A stretch of DNA of 64,000 nt. Origin: an uncultured Bacteroides sp. (lineage in GTDB: Bacteria; Bacteroidota; Bacteroidia; Bacteroidales; Bacteroidaceae). The notes below the pieces were generated by a model. The model was not told where the DNA came from and did no database searches. It saw only the letters and a list, made by a program, of their open reading frames with translations. Position 1 is the stretch's first letter; every line of letters starts with the position of its first letter. Location: the NCBI GenBank assembly GCA_949296575.1, contig CASFPE010000034.1, positions 116,062-180,061 of the forward strand, read 5' to 3'. Made by a program: the position numbers and the translations under genes. Shown one piece after another: positions 29,454 through 38,568 of the stretch.

Positions 29454-29655
29454 ATTTCCTGCCACAAAAATAACTTAATCATGCAAAAACGGACAGAGAT
29501 TAAGCAACTATAACACATGTGTAAATTTTCATTTACATGAGATTAAAAAAACAATAACGTTGCAAAAATAACTCCGCACAAAATGCTGTTTCATCAAGAA
29601 ATTACAGATATTTGTACCAATCTTACTGATTATGGAAACACTTTACAAGTATCGC

Positions 29656-31116
29656 ATGAAACAATGTTTTTTCGCCATCGATTTAGGAGCAACAAGCGGA
29701 CGCACAATCTTAGGCTGTTTCACGCCGCAAGGATTGGAAATCGAAGAAATCAACCGCTTTCCGAATCACATCATCGAAACAGGAGGACACTTTTACTGGG
29801 ATATTTATGAACTCTACCGCAATATTTTGGAAGGGCTGAAACAAGCAGCCGCTCGCCAAGACATTGAAATCACTTCCATCGGGATTGACACATGGGGCGT
29901 GGATTTTGTATGCATCGGCAAAGACGGCATATTATTGCGCCAGCCTTATTCCTATCGTGACCCGCATACCGAGAATGCCCCGGCTAAATATTTTGAACGG
30001 ATGCCCCGCAAACGGGTATATGAACTGACCGGCATTCAAGTGATGAACTTCAATTCGCTTTTCCAACTCGACACGATGCGCCGCCACAAGGACAGTGCCT
30101 TGGAAGCAGCCAACAAGATTCTGTTCATTCCCGATACGCTCAGCTATATGCTAACAGGAGAAATGGCATGCGAATACACCATCGCTTCTACGGCTCAATT
30201 AGTGAATGCAAACACGAGAACACTGGAACCAGAGTTATTAAAAAGCATAGGATTGACAAAACAACATTTCGGGCGTTTTGTCTATCCGGGCGAAACGGTA
30301 GGCACGCTCACCGAAGAAGTGCAACGCATCACGGGATTGGGTGTTGTACCCGTCATTGCCGTTGCGGGACACGATACGGCATCGGCGGTAGCGGCTGTTC
30401 CGGCACAGAACAAAAACTTCGCTTACCTGAGCAGTGGAACGTGGTCGCTGATAGGAGTAGAGACCGACGCGCCCGTTATCAACGCTGATACTGAAACAAT
30501 GAACTTCACGAACGAGGGCGGCGTGAACGGCACCATCCGCTTGCTGAAAAACATCTGCGGCATGTGGCTCTTGGAGCGTTGCCGTGCCGGATGGGGCGAG
30601 ACTTCCTATCCCGAACTGATTGCCGAGGCGAATGCCAGCGAGCCTTTCCGCAACCTGATAGCTCCCGATGACCCCGTGTTCGCCAATCCGGCGGATATGG
30701 AAGAAGCCATTAAGTCGTATTGCTTGACGCACAAGCAGCCCGCCATCGAGACACGCGGGCAAATCGTACGCTGTATCTTCGAGAGCCTTGCCTTGCGTTA
30801 CCGCCAGGTATTGGAAAACCTGCAACACCTTTCGCCCAACCCGATTGAAACGCTCCACGTCATCGGAGGCGGAAGCCGGAACGAACTGCTGAACCAATGG
30901 ACGGCAAACGCCATCGGAATCCCCGTCATCGCCGGGCTATCAGAAGCCACCGCCATAGGGAATATAATGCTTCAGGCGTTGGCAGCAGGAAAAGCCACAG
31001 ACTTTCCACAAATGCGCTGTTTCATCGCCCAATCCATTCCGCTCAAAACTTACCAACCGAAAGACAAAGAGGCATGGAATGCAGCTTATCTGCAATTCAA
31101 AAATGTAACGCAATAA
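29656..31116 (+). CDS. rhaB: rhamnulokinase
   Basis: FGGY-kinase N-terminus MKQCFFAIDLGATSGR and rha operon context. An alternative upstream ATG lies at 29632. Confidence 0.85.
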   Translation: MKQCFFAIDLGATSGRTILGCFTPQGLEIEEINRFPNHIIETGGHFYWDIYELYRNILEGLKQAAARQDIEITSIGIDTWGVDFVCIGKDGILLRQPYSYRDPHTENAPAKYFERMPRKRVYELTGIQVMNFNSLFQLDTMRRHKDSALEAANKILFIPDTLSYMLTGEMACEYTIASTAQLVNANTRTLEPELLKSIGLTKQHFGRFVYPGETVGTLTEEVQRITGLGVVPVIAVAGHDTASAVAAVPAQNKNFAYLSSGTWSLIGVETDAPVINADTETMNFTNEGGVNGTIRLLKNICGMWLLERCRAGWGETSYPELIAEANASEPFRNLIAPDDPVFANPADMEEAIKSYCLTHKQPAIETRGQIVRCIFESLALRYRQVLENLQHLSPNPIETLHVIGGGSRNELLNQWTANAIGIPVIAGLSEATAIGNIMLQALAAGKATDFPQMRCFIAQSIPLKTYQPKDKEAWNAAYLQFKNVTQ

Positions 31117-31141
31117 ATCACTCATTATTATAAATACTATC

Positions 31142-32398
31142 ATGAAAGAAAATCTCATAAACAAAGCGTATGAAATCGCGAAAGAACGCTATGCCGCTGT
31201 AGGCGTTGACGTAGAGAAAGTAATGGAAACAATGCAGGACTTCCACCTGTCGCTGCACTGCTGGCAGGCTGACGACGTAATCGGCTTCGAAACCGGAGCT
31301 GGCTCACTGACGGGCGGCATCCAGACCACAGGGAACTATCCCGGACGCGCACGCAACATCGACGAACTACGCCAGGACATCCTGAAAGCCGCTTCGTATA
31401 TCCCCGGAACGCACCGCCTGAACCTGCACGAAATCTACGGCGACTTTCAAGGCGAAGCCGTTGACCGCGACCAGGTAGAGCCGCGTCACTTCCAAAGCTG
31501 GATGGACTGGGGCAAGGAACACAACATGAAGCTCGACTTCAACTCTACTTCCTTCTCGCACCCGAAAAGCGGAAACTTGACTTTGGCTAACCCCGATGAA
31601 AGCATCCGACAATTTTGGATTGAACATACGAAACGTTGCCGTGCCGTGGCGGAAGCGATGGGAGAAGCGCAGGACGACCCCTGTATCATGAACGTATGGG
31701 TACACGACGGAAGCAAGGACATCACCGTCAACCGAATGAAATACCGCGAACTGCTGAAGGACTCGCTCGACCAGATTTTCGCCATCGAATACAAGAACAT
31801 GAAAGACTGCATCGAGTCAAAAGTGTTCGGCATCGGATTAGAAAGTTACACCGTAGGTTCAAACGATTTCTACATCGGCTACGGCGTGCAGCATAACAAG
31901 ATGATTACCCTTGACACGGGCCACTTCCATCCGACTGAAAGCGTAGCCGACAAGGTTTCGTCACTCCTGCTCTATGTGCCTGAACTGATGCTGCACGTCA
32001 GCCGCCCCATCCGTTGGGATTCCGACCACGTGACGATTATGGACGACCCAACATTAGAAATCTTCCAAGAAATCGTGCGTTGCGGCGCACTCGACCGCGT
32101 TCATTACGGCCTCGACTATTTCGATGCTTCTATCAACCGTATCGGTGCATACGTGGTAGGTAGCCGTGCTGCACAGAAATGCATGCTTCGAGCCCTCCTC
32201 GAGCCGCTTGCACAGCTTCGTCAATACGAAGCCAACGGGCAATTGTTCGAACGCCTCGCTCTTTTAGAAGAAGCAAAAGCATTACCTTGGAATGCCGTAT
32301 GGGATATGTTCTGCTTGAAGAACAACGTTCCCATAAGCGAAGAATTCATTCCCGAAGTCGAAAAATACGAAGCAGAGGTTACTTCAAAACGTAATTAA
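31142..32398 (+). CDS. rhaA: L-rhamnose isomerase
   Basis: 418-aa ORF of typical RhaA length and sequence character, placed between rhaB and rhaT. Confidence 0.85.
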   Translation: MKENLINKAYEIAKERYAAVGVDVEKVMETMQDFHLSLHCWQADDVIGFETGAGSLTGGIQTTGNYPGRARNIDELRQDILKAASYIPGTHRLNLHEIYGDFQGEAVDRDQVEPRHFQSWMDWGKEHNMKLDFNSTSFSHPKSGNLTLANPDESIRQFWIEHTKRCRAVAEAMGEAQDDPCIMNVWVHDGSKDITVNRMKYRELLKDSLDQIFAIEYKNMKDCIESKVFGIGLESYTVGSNDFYIGYGVQHNKMITLDTGHFHPTESVADKVSSLLLYVPELMLHVSRPIRWDSDHVTIMDDPTLEIFQEIVRCGALDRVHYGLDYFDASINRIGAYVVGSRAAQKCMLRALLEPLAQLRQYEANGQLFERLALLEEAKALPWNAVWDMFCLKNNVPISEEFIPEVEKYEAEVTSKRN

Positions 32399-32410
32399 TG
32401 CAGATAACTT

Positions 32411-33445
32411 ATGGACATCGCAATCGGATTATTGATTATCGCCATCGGCGCGTTCTGCCAATCAAGCAGTTACGTGCCGATTAATAAGACAAGGAACTGG
32501 AGTTGGGAGTCATATTGGATGGTACAAGGCATATTTGCTTGGTTGGTATTTCCATTGTTAGGCGCACTATTGGCGGTTCCTGCTGGAGAAAGCCTTTTTA
32601 GCTTGTTCGCCCATGCAAAAATGCTCGACATAGGAATGACCATCCTGTTTGGTGTGCTTTGGGGCATTGGCGGACTGACATTCGGGCTTTCCATGCGCTA
32701 CCTTGGCGTAGCGTTAGGGCAAAGCATCTCTTTAGGCACTTGCGCAGGGCTAGGAACAATCTTGGCACCTGTGATGCTGAACTTCTTTTATCCCGAAGCC
32801 CATCACTTAGAAAAGCTGACTGCCTCCGTCATCATTGGCATAATAGTCACCTTGATAGGTATCGCGATTATCGGCGTTGCAGGCAACATGAAGTCGCAAA
32901 GCCTGAGCGAAGAAGAAAAGAAAACGGCGGTAAAGGATTTCAATTTCCCGAAAGGCATTGCTATTGCTTTACTGGCCGGTTTCATGAGCGGATGTTTCAA
33001 CGTGGGGCTGGAGTTCGGTTCATCCATCCATTTTGAAGAATCAACAGATATGTTCAAGACACTTCCAGCTACTCTCTTAGTCACTTTGGGAGGCTTCATG
33101 ACCAATGCCGTCTATTGCCTCTATCAGAACGGGAAGAATTACACATGGGACGATTATCGTAAAGGGAACGTATGGATGAACAACTTGGCCTTCTGTGCAC
33201 TTGCCGGCATGCTTTGGTACAGCCAGTTCTTCGGGTTGGCACTCGGGAAAGGCTTCTTGGCCGAATCTCCCGTCCTGATGACTTTTGCTTTCTGTATCCT
33301 TATGGCACTCAATGTCGTGTTCTCAAATGTGTGGGGCATTATCCTGAAAGAATGGAAAGGATGTTCTTCCAAAACCATTACCGTGCTGGCAATTGGCTTA
33401 GCGACACTCATCGTGTCGTCTTTCCTTCCCCAACTGTTAGGATGA
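32411..33445 (+). CDS. rhaT: L-rhamnose/proton symporter
   Basis: 344-aa ORF with ~10 TM helices, RhaT-like, in the rha operon. Confidence 0.8.
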   Translation: MDIAIGLLIIAIGAFCQSSSYVPINKTRNWSWESYWMVQGIFAWLVFPLLGALLAVPAGESLFSLFAHAKMLDIGMTILFGVLWGIGGLTFGLSMRYLGVALGQSISLGTCAGLGTILAPVMLNFFYPEAHHLEKLTASVIIGIIVTLIGIAIIGVAGNMKSQSLSEEEKKTAVKDFNFPKGIAIALLAGFMSGCFNVGLEFGSSIHFEESTDMFKTLPATLLVTLGGFMTNAVYCLYQNGKNYTWDDYRKGNVWMNNLAFCALAGMLWYSQFFGLALGKGFLAESPVLMTFAFCILMALNVVFSNVWGIILKEWKGCSSKTITVLAIGLATLIVSSFLPQLLG

Positions 33446-33544
33446 AACCAACAACTCTTCGGCTAAAGGAGCACTCTACAGAAAGTATAAAAACAATCAG
33501 TCTTCCCAATCATCATTAACGCTGAAGAATAAACAAACAACAAT

Positions 33545-34354
33545 ATGAAATCAATTTTAAACAACCGCCCAGCATTAAAAACAGAGATTAACAAGGTAGC
33601 AGAAGTGGCTGGCTATCTTTGGCAAAAAGGTTGGGCTGAACGCAACGGTGGAAACATTACCATCAATATTACGGAATACGCGGATGATGGCATTCAAGCA
33701 ATGCCCGCCATCAGCAAAGTGAAACCAATCGGTGCCACGCTCCCGTATCTGAAAGGATGCTACTTCTACTGCAAAGGAACACAAAAACGCATGCGTGATT
33801 TAGCTCGCGACCCAATGGCCAACGGTTCAGTCATCCGCATCCTAGAAGATTGCGCCAGCTATGTCATCATTGCCGATCATCCAGTGAATCCAACCTCAGA
33901 ACTGCCTTCGCATCTGAGTGTACACAATTACCTGATTTCAAAAGGCGTGAATTATAAGGCTTCTTTACACACACATCCTATTGAACTGGTAGCCATGACC
34001 CACAATCAAAAATTTATGGCAAAAGACATAGCCAGCAATCTTTTGTGGAGCATGATTCCGGAAACAAAAGCATTCTGCCCACGCGGTTTAGGCATAGTGC
34101 CTTACAAATTGCCCAGTTCCGTAGAACTGGCGGAAGCCACCATCAAGGAACTGAATGACTATGATGTCGTAATGTGGGAAAAACACGGTGTGTTCGCAGT
34201 AGATACCGATATTATGGCAGCATTCGACCAAGTAGACGTACTCAACAAGTCTGCCTTGATTTACATCGCAGCCAAGAATATGGGATTTGAGCCAGAAGGC
34301 ATGAGCCAAGCCCAGATGAAAGAAATGTCGGAAGCATTCCATCTGCCGAAATAG
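33545..34354 (+). CDS. rhaD: rhamnulose-1-phosphate aldolase
   Basis: 269-aa class II aldolase/adducin-like ORF (NGGNITI, HTHP motifs) in the rha operon. Confidence 0.85.
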   Translation: MKSILNNRPALKTEINKVAEVAGYLWQKGWAERNGGNITINITEYADDGIQAMPAISKVKPIGATLPYLKGCYFYCKGTQKRMRDLARDPMANGSVIRILEDCASYVIIADHPVNPTSELPSHLSVHNYLISKGVNYKASLHTHPIELVAMTHNQKFMAKDIASNLLWSMIPETKAFCPRGLGIVPYKLPSSVELAEATIKELNDYDVVMWEKHGVFAVDTDIMAAFDQVDVLNKSALIYIAAKNMGFEPEGMSQAQMKEMSEAFHLPK

Positions 34355-34383
34355 TGCCGACAGAGAATCCCCAATAACTTTAT

Positions 34384-34420
34384 AAGGACATTCCCGCTTT
34401 TGGGAATGTCCTTCTTTTTA
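34384..34420 (+). terminator. rho-independent terminator after rhaD
   Basis: Perfect 12-bp stem AAGGACATTCCC / GGGAATGTCCTT with loop GCTTTT, followed by CTTTTTTA. Confidence 0.8.
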
Positions 34421-34501
34421 TCCCTGATCACAAAAAAAGTTCACGCCAGTGCAGTATTTGCCTTGCTGATACGTTTTATTTATGTAGCATTTGAATCCTA
34501 T

Positions 34502-34759
34502 ATGATGAACAGACTTGCAAACAAATGCCGGACGGCATGGCTTCTATGGCAAAACAAGATATTATCAAGCATCATCATAGCCATAGGATATGCCCCGCAC
34601 AGCGACAAAGATAAAGATGAAGTAGACATCATTGTGCCGATGTACGGGATGCCATCATCTGTATATAAGAAAAAAGAGGCTACAGCTACTCAAGCGCAGG
34701 CCTCAAAGATGCCTTGCCTGCACATCTTGCCGGAAAAAGAGAGTAGATATGCCGTGTGA
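34502..34759 (+). CDS. small protein overlapping the radical SAM gene (possible rSAM-associated lipoprotein-family relative lacking the lipobox Cys)
   Basis: 85 codons from the ATG at 34502; the upstream part of ORF 34400.. lies inside the rhaD terminator. It has a hydrophobic segment NKILSSIIIAIGYA followed by MYGMPSSVYK. Its stop overlaps the rSAM start by 11 nt. Confidence 0.4.
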   Translation: MMNRLANKCRTAWLLWQNKILSSIIIAIGYAPHSDKDKDEVDIIVPMYGMPSSVYKKKEATATQAQASKMPCLHILPEKESRYAV

Positions 34760-35822
34760 CATTTCTTTACGACAGCGCATCGCCTTGGAAGCCAATGCCA
34801 AAATCCGAAAAAACATGGCTAAACTTCATCCTCTAAGGCAATTGTTTTGGGAATGCACATTACGATGCAACCTCAAATGCCGCCATTGCGGCAGCAATTG
34901 CATGCAGTCTAACCCGCAGAATGACATGCCGTTGAAAGATTTCCTTCACACGATTGATTCCATCACGCCACACATCAATCCTCAAAACACTACCGTTATT
35001 ATCTCCGGAGGAGAACCGCTCCTCCGTAATGATTTGGAAGAATGCGGGCATGAATTATACCAGCGTGGATACTCCTGGGGAATCGTAACAAACGGTTTCA
35101 GCTTGACACGCGAACGGTTAGACAACCTCATGGATGCAGGCATCCGTTCAATGACTATCAGCCTTGACGGACTCAAGGAAGAACATAATTGGCTACGCGG
35201 CCATACGGAAAGCTTTGACCGCGCCGCCAATGCTATCCAGATGTTGGCAAAAGACGATAAGTTGCTTTGGGATGTCGTCACCTGCATCCATAGGAAAAAT
35301 TACCCTGCCCTTGTCAGCTTTCGTAACCATCTTGTAAACATAGGCGTACGCAATTGGAGGATATTTACTATTTTTCCAATGGGACGGGCTGCCCACATGC
35401 CGGAATTACAACTCACAAACGAAGAGTTCACCGGCCTGATGGAATTCATAAAGAAAATGAGAAGAACCGGAGGAATTCACATCGACTTTGCCTGCGAAGG
35501 TTTTTTAGGAAAATACGAAGGAGAAGTTCGCGACCACTTCTACTCCTGCAATGCAGGCATATGCATTGCATCTATCTTGGCAGACGGCACCATATCTGCC
35601 TGTCCCAGCATTCGAAGCCATATTTTCCACCAAGGAAACATCTATAACGACGATTTCATGGAAACATGGGAACATAAATTCCAACCGTTCCGTAACCGGC
35701 AATGGGCACACAAAGGAATTTGTGCCGACTGTTCTTTCTTCCGCTATTGTGAAGGAAACGGCATCCATCTGCACGATGAAGACGGCAATCTGCTAACTTG
35801 CCATCTTCACAAGTTGCTCTGA
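34749..35822 (+). CDS. radical SAM protein with SPASM-type C-terminal domain
   Basis: Radical-SAM cluster CNLKCRHCGSNC near the N-terminus. C-terminal Cys-rich region (CNAGICIASILADGTISACP ... CADCSFFRYCEGNG) is typical of SPASM/twitch domains. Confidence 0.8.
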   Translation: MPCDISLRQRIALEANAKIRKNMAKLHPLRQLFWECTLRCNLKCRHCGSNCMQSNPQNDMPLKDFLHTIDSITPHINPQNTTVIISGGEPLLRNDLEECGHELYQRGYSWGIVTNGFSLTRERLDNLMDAGIRSMTISLDGLKEEHNWLRGHTESFDRAANAIQMLAKDDKLLWDVVTCIHRKNYPALVSFRNHLVNIGVRNWRIFTIFPMGRAAHMPELQLTNEEFTGLMEFIKKMRRTGGIHIDFACEGFLGKYEGEVRDHFYSCNAGICIASILADGTISACPSIRSHIFHQGNIYNDDFMETWEHKFQPFRNRQWAHKGICADCSFFRYCEGNGIHLHDEDGNLLTCHLHKLL

Positions 35823-35825
35823 TTA

Positions 35826-37364
35826 TCAGCCTGCCCAGTCACTTCGGTCCAAACTTCTGTAACTGATGGCCTCAGCCACATGGGAAACTCCGATATTTTC
35901 ACAACCCTCCAAATCGGCTATCGTTCGCGACACTTTCAAAATACGGTTGTATGCACGGGCAGACAAGTTCAACTTATGCATGGCATTTTTGAGCAACCGC
36001 AAACTCCCCTCATCCAGTTGTGCAAACCGGGAAAGCAATTTGGGAGTCATCTGTGCATTGCAATAAATGCCTTCGCATTCCTCAAACCGTACTGCCTGGC
36101 ACTGCCTTGCCCGCACCACACGCTCACGGATCACACTGCTGGGCTCACCCGACTTGCGTTCTGCCATCTTGTCAAAAGGCACCGGAGCAATCTCCACTTG
36201 AATGTCAATGCGGTCAAACAAAGGACCGGATATATGGTGAAGATATTTCTGCACTTGGCCGGGACTACACACACAGCGCTTCGTGGGATGATTATAATAA
36301 CCGCACGGGCATGGATTCATGGATGCCACCAACATAAAGCTTGAGGGATAATCCACACTATAACGCGCCCGCGAAATGGTTATATGCCGGTCTTCCAAAG
36401 GCTGCCGCAAAACTTCAAGCACCGTCCGGTTAAACTCTGGCAATTCATCCAAGAACAGGACACCGTTATGCGCCAGACTGATCTCTCCCGGTTGGGGGAA
36501 CGTACCCCCTCCTACCATAGCCACTTGGGAAATCGTGTGGTGAGGACCTCGGAACGGACGCCGGGCTATCAACGATGTATCCTGCCCCAACTTTCCGGAC
36601 ACAGAATGTATTTTGGTAGTCTCAAGGCTCTCCCCAAGCGTAAGAGGCGGCAATATAGAAGGCAAGCATTTGGCCATCATTGACTTTCCGCTTCCAGGCG
36701 CACCAATCATAATGATATTATGGCCGCCTGCGGCTGCCACCTCCAAAGCACGTTTCACGCTTTCTTGCCCTTTCACATCGGCAAAATCCGACTCAAAATC
36801 CTGCTGTTGCCCATAAAATGCCTCTTGCACATCCACTGCCGTCGGCAACAATGTCCCCGTTCCATTCAAGAAATCAATTACCTCCTTGATATTCTCCGCG
36901 CCATATACTTCAAGATGATCCACAATGGCCGCCTCACGGGCATTCTGCTTTGGCAAAATAATCCCTTTGTAACCATCCGTACGAGCTTTTATCGCAATAG
37001 GCAAAGCCCCCTTGATACTTTGCAGGCTGCCATCCAAACTCAATTCACCAATAATGACATATTTGCCAAGATTCTCTGCCGAGATTGACTGTGAGGCCGC
37101 CAACATGCCGATGGCAAGCGGCAAATCGTAAACAGAACCTTCCTTGCGCAAATCCGCAGGTGCCATATTGATGATAACCTGCTGCGTCGGAAACTTATAA
37201 CCATTCACCTGCAAGGCCGAGATGATTCGTTCATGGCCTTCCTTCACTTCTGGAGCAGGCAAGCCTACCAGATTGAACTTACAGCCACGCGAACAATTCA
37301 CCTCTATCGTAATATCTACTGCATCAACTCCTTGGACTGCCGCACTAAAAACTTTTACAAGCAT
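35826..37364 (-). CDS. YifB/ComM family Mg-chelatase-like AAA+ ATPase
   Basis: 512-aa ORF with a Lon-protease-like N-domain, Walker A GAPGSGKSM, and VLFLDELPEF. Confidence 0.85.
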   Translation of the reverse strand: MLVKVFSAAVQGVDAVDITIEVNCSRGCKFNLVGLPAPEVKEGHERIISALQVNGYKFPTQQVIINMAPADLRKEGSVYDLPLAIGMLAASQSISAENLGKYVIIGELSLDGSLQSIKGALPIAIKARTDGYKGIILPKQNAREAAIVDHLEVYGAENIKEVIDFLNGTGTLLPTAVDVQEAFYGQQQDFESDFADVKGQESVKRALEVAAAGGHNIIMIGAPGSGKSMMAKCLPSILPPLTLGESLETTKIHSVSGKLGQDTSLIARRPFRGPHHTISQVAMVGGGTFPQPGEISLAHNGVLFLDELPEFNRTVLEVLRQPLEDRHITISRARYSVDYPSSFMLVASMNPCPCGYYNHPTKRCVCSPGQVQKYLHHISGPLFDRIDIQVEIAPVPFDKMAERKSGEPSSVIRERVVRARQCQAVRFEECEGIYCNAQMTPKLLSRFAQLDEGSLRLLKNAMHKLNLSARAYNRILKVSRTIADLEGCENIGVSHVAEAISYRSLDRSDWAG

Positions 37365-37390
37365 CTGTTCCTCCTTTCAACATCGAACGC

Positions 37391-38428
37391 CTATTTCGTT
37401 TTCTTCACCGGCTTCAAGAACTCCTCTATTTGCCGGCATAATTCTTCTTCTCCTTGGTTGAAACCATGAATCCGGTTCTCTGCATCCGTCACAAAATAAA
37501 AAGGCAAACGTTCTACCCTGAAGTTCCGGGCAATATCGCTATCAAAACCCTCCATCTCCAAAGCCTGTTGCCACATCAGCGAATCTTTCTCTATGGCTTC
37601 TTCCCATGCTTTCTTGTCCACATCAAATGAAACACCCAACATTTTAAACCCTTCCTTTTTCCCAAAACGCGCATAAATGCGTTTGAACATCGCCATTCTT
37701 TCCATCGAATCCTTGTCCCAAGTAGCCCAAAAGTACAAGAGAAGCACTTTCCTCCGAAAGACGGAAGACATGACGATGCTTCCATCTTGCGAAGCCAAGC
37801 TGAAGCTGGGCATGTACTTCAACGTGCTGCCCTTATAAGCCTTTGCTTGTTTGCCCAGACGTTGCACATAAAGCAAATCTTGGATGCTCCCCTCCATCTG
37901 CCCAATGATATCCACTACTTCTTGGTAGTTTACCGAATCTTCAGCCACGAAATAACGCTGCAGCAAATACAAGTTCGCATAGGATGCCGGATGCCGCGAA
38001 ATAAAGCCTTTTGCAAACAACCGTATCGAATCGGCATCAGACATTCCACGTATGCTGTCATTAAAACGATTCAAATCTTCATTATGCATACCGCCTTCTA
38101 CCCGGAAAGAAGAAAGGTCTGCCATATCGCCTACTATGGTGCTTTCCTGCCCCTTATCGGCATAAACAGGATAAACGAACTTCCCGTCGATCAGCAAAGA
38201 AAGAGGGGTCAAAGTATCAATTTCCGCCCTGTATGTGAATTGCCCATTGCCTGCTACAATCGTGTCCAACCGATATTCGGCTGTAAATTCGTTTAGGACC
38301 AACAATGTGTCGCTTCCCAGATGGGCAAGCGTCCCGCGCAACACAAAAGAAGAATCATCGTGGCGGCACGCCAACAAGCAGCACAACAAAGGAAACAAGA
38401 GAAACAAATTCCGCATATGCACAAACAT
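37391..38428 (-). CDS. TlpA/thioredoxin-fold lipoprotein with DUF4369-like N-domain
   Basis: Lipoprotein signal LLFPLLCCLLAC. The C-terminal thioredoxin-like region (VLLLYFWATWDKDS) has the CxxC motif replaced. Confidence 0.6.
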   Translation of the reverse strand: MFVHMRNLFLLFPLLCCLLACRHDDSSFVLRGTLAHLGSDTLLVLNEFTAEYRLDTIVAGNGQFTYRAEIDTLTPLSLLIDGKFVYPVYADKGQESTIVGDMADLSSFRVEGGMHNEDLNRFNDSIRGMSDADSIRLFAKGFISRHPASYANLYLLQRYFVAEDSVNYQEVVDIIGQMEGSIQDLLYVQRLGKQAKAYKGSTLKYMPSFSLASQDGSIVMSSVFRRKVLLLYFWATWDKDSMERMAMFKRIYARFGKKEGFKMLGVSFDVDKKAWEEAIEKDSLMWQQALEMEGFDSDIARNFRVERLPFYFVTDAENRIHGFNQGEEELCRQIEEFLKPVKKTK

Positions 38429-38500
38429 CTTTTTCCGCGAAAGTAGTTAAAATATTTTCGCAGGAAGCATTTTCGAGCGAATATTTTAACCTCCTTCAAC

Positions 38501-38539
38501 AAAAAAATCCCTGAAGGCAATTCATCCTTCAGGGATTTT
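38501..38539 (-). terminator. rho-independent terminator for the TPR lipoprotein gene
   Basis: 14-bp stem AAAATCCCTGAAGG / CCTTCAGGGATTTT, followed by a T7 run on the minus strand. Confidence 0.75.
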
Positions 38540-38568
38540 CCTACTAAAATCTATTTATTATGAATGCA

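Noticed and set aside
29518-29539. Inverted repeat TGTAAAT-n4-ATTTACA in the divergent region upstream of rhaB, considered as a possible rhamnose operator
   Set aside because: Only 7 bp per arm in AT-rich intergenic DNA, which could easily arise by chance. No AraC-type regulator gene is present in the window to support it.
34400-34501. Upstream part of the 119-aa ORF 34400..34759
   Set aside because: It begins inside the stem-loop of the rhaD terminator (34384..34420) at a non-ATG codon. The in-frame ATG at 34502 is the more plausible start.
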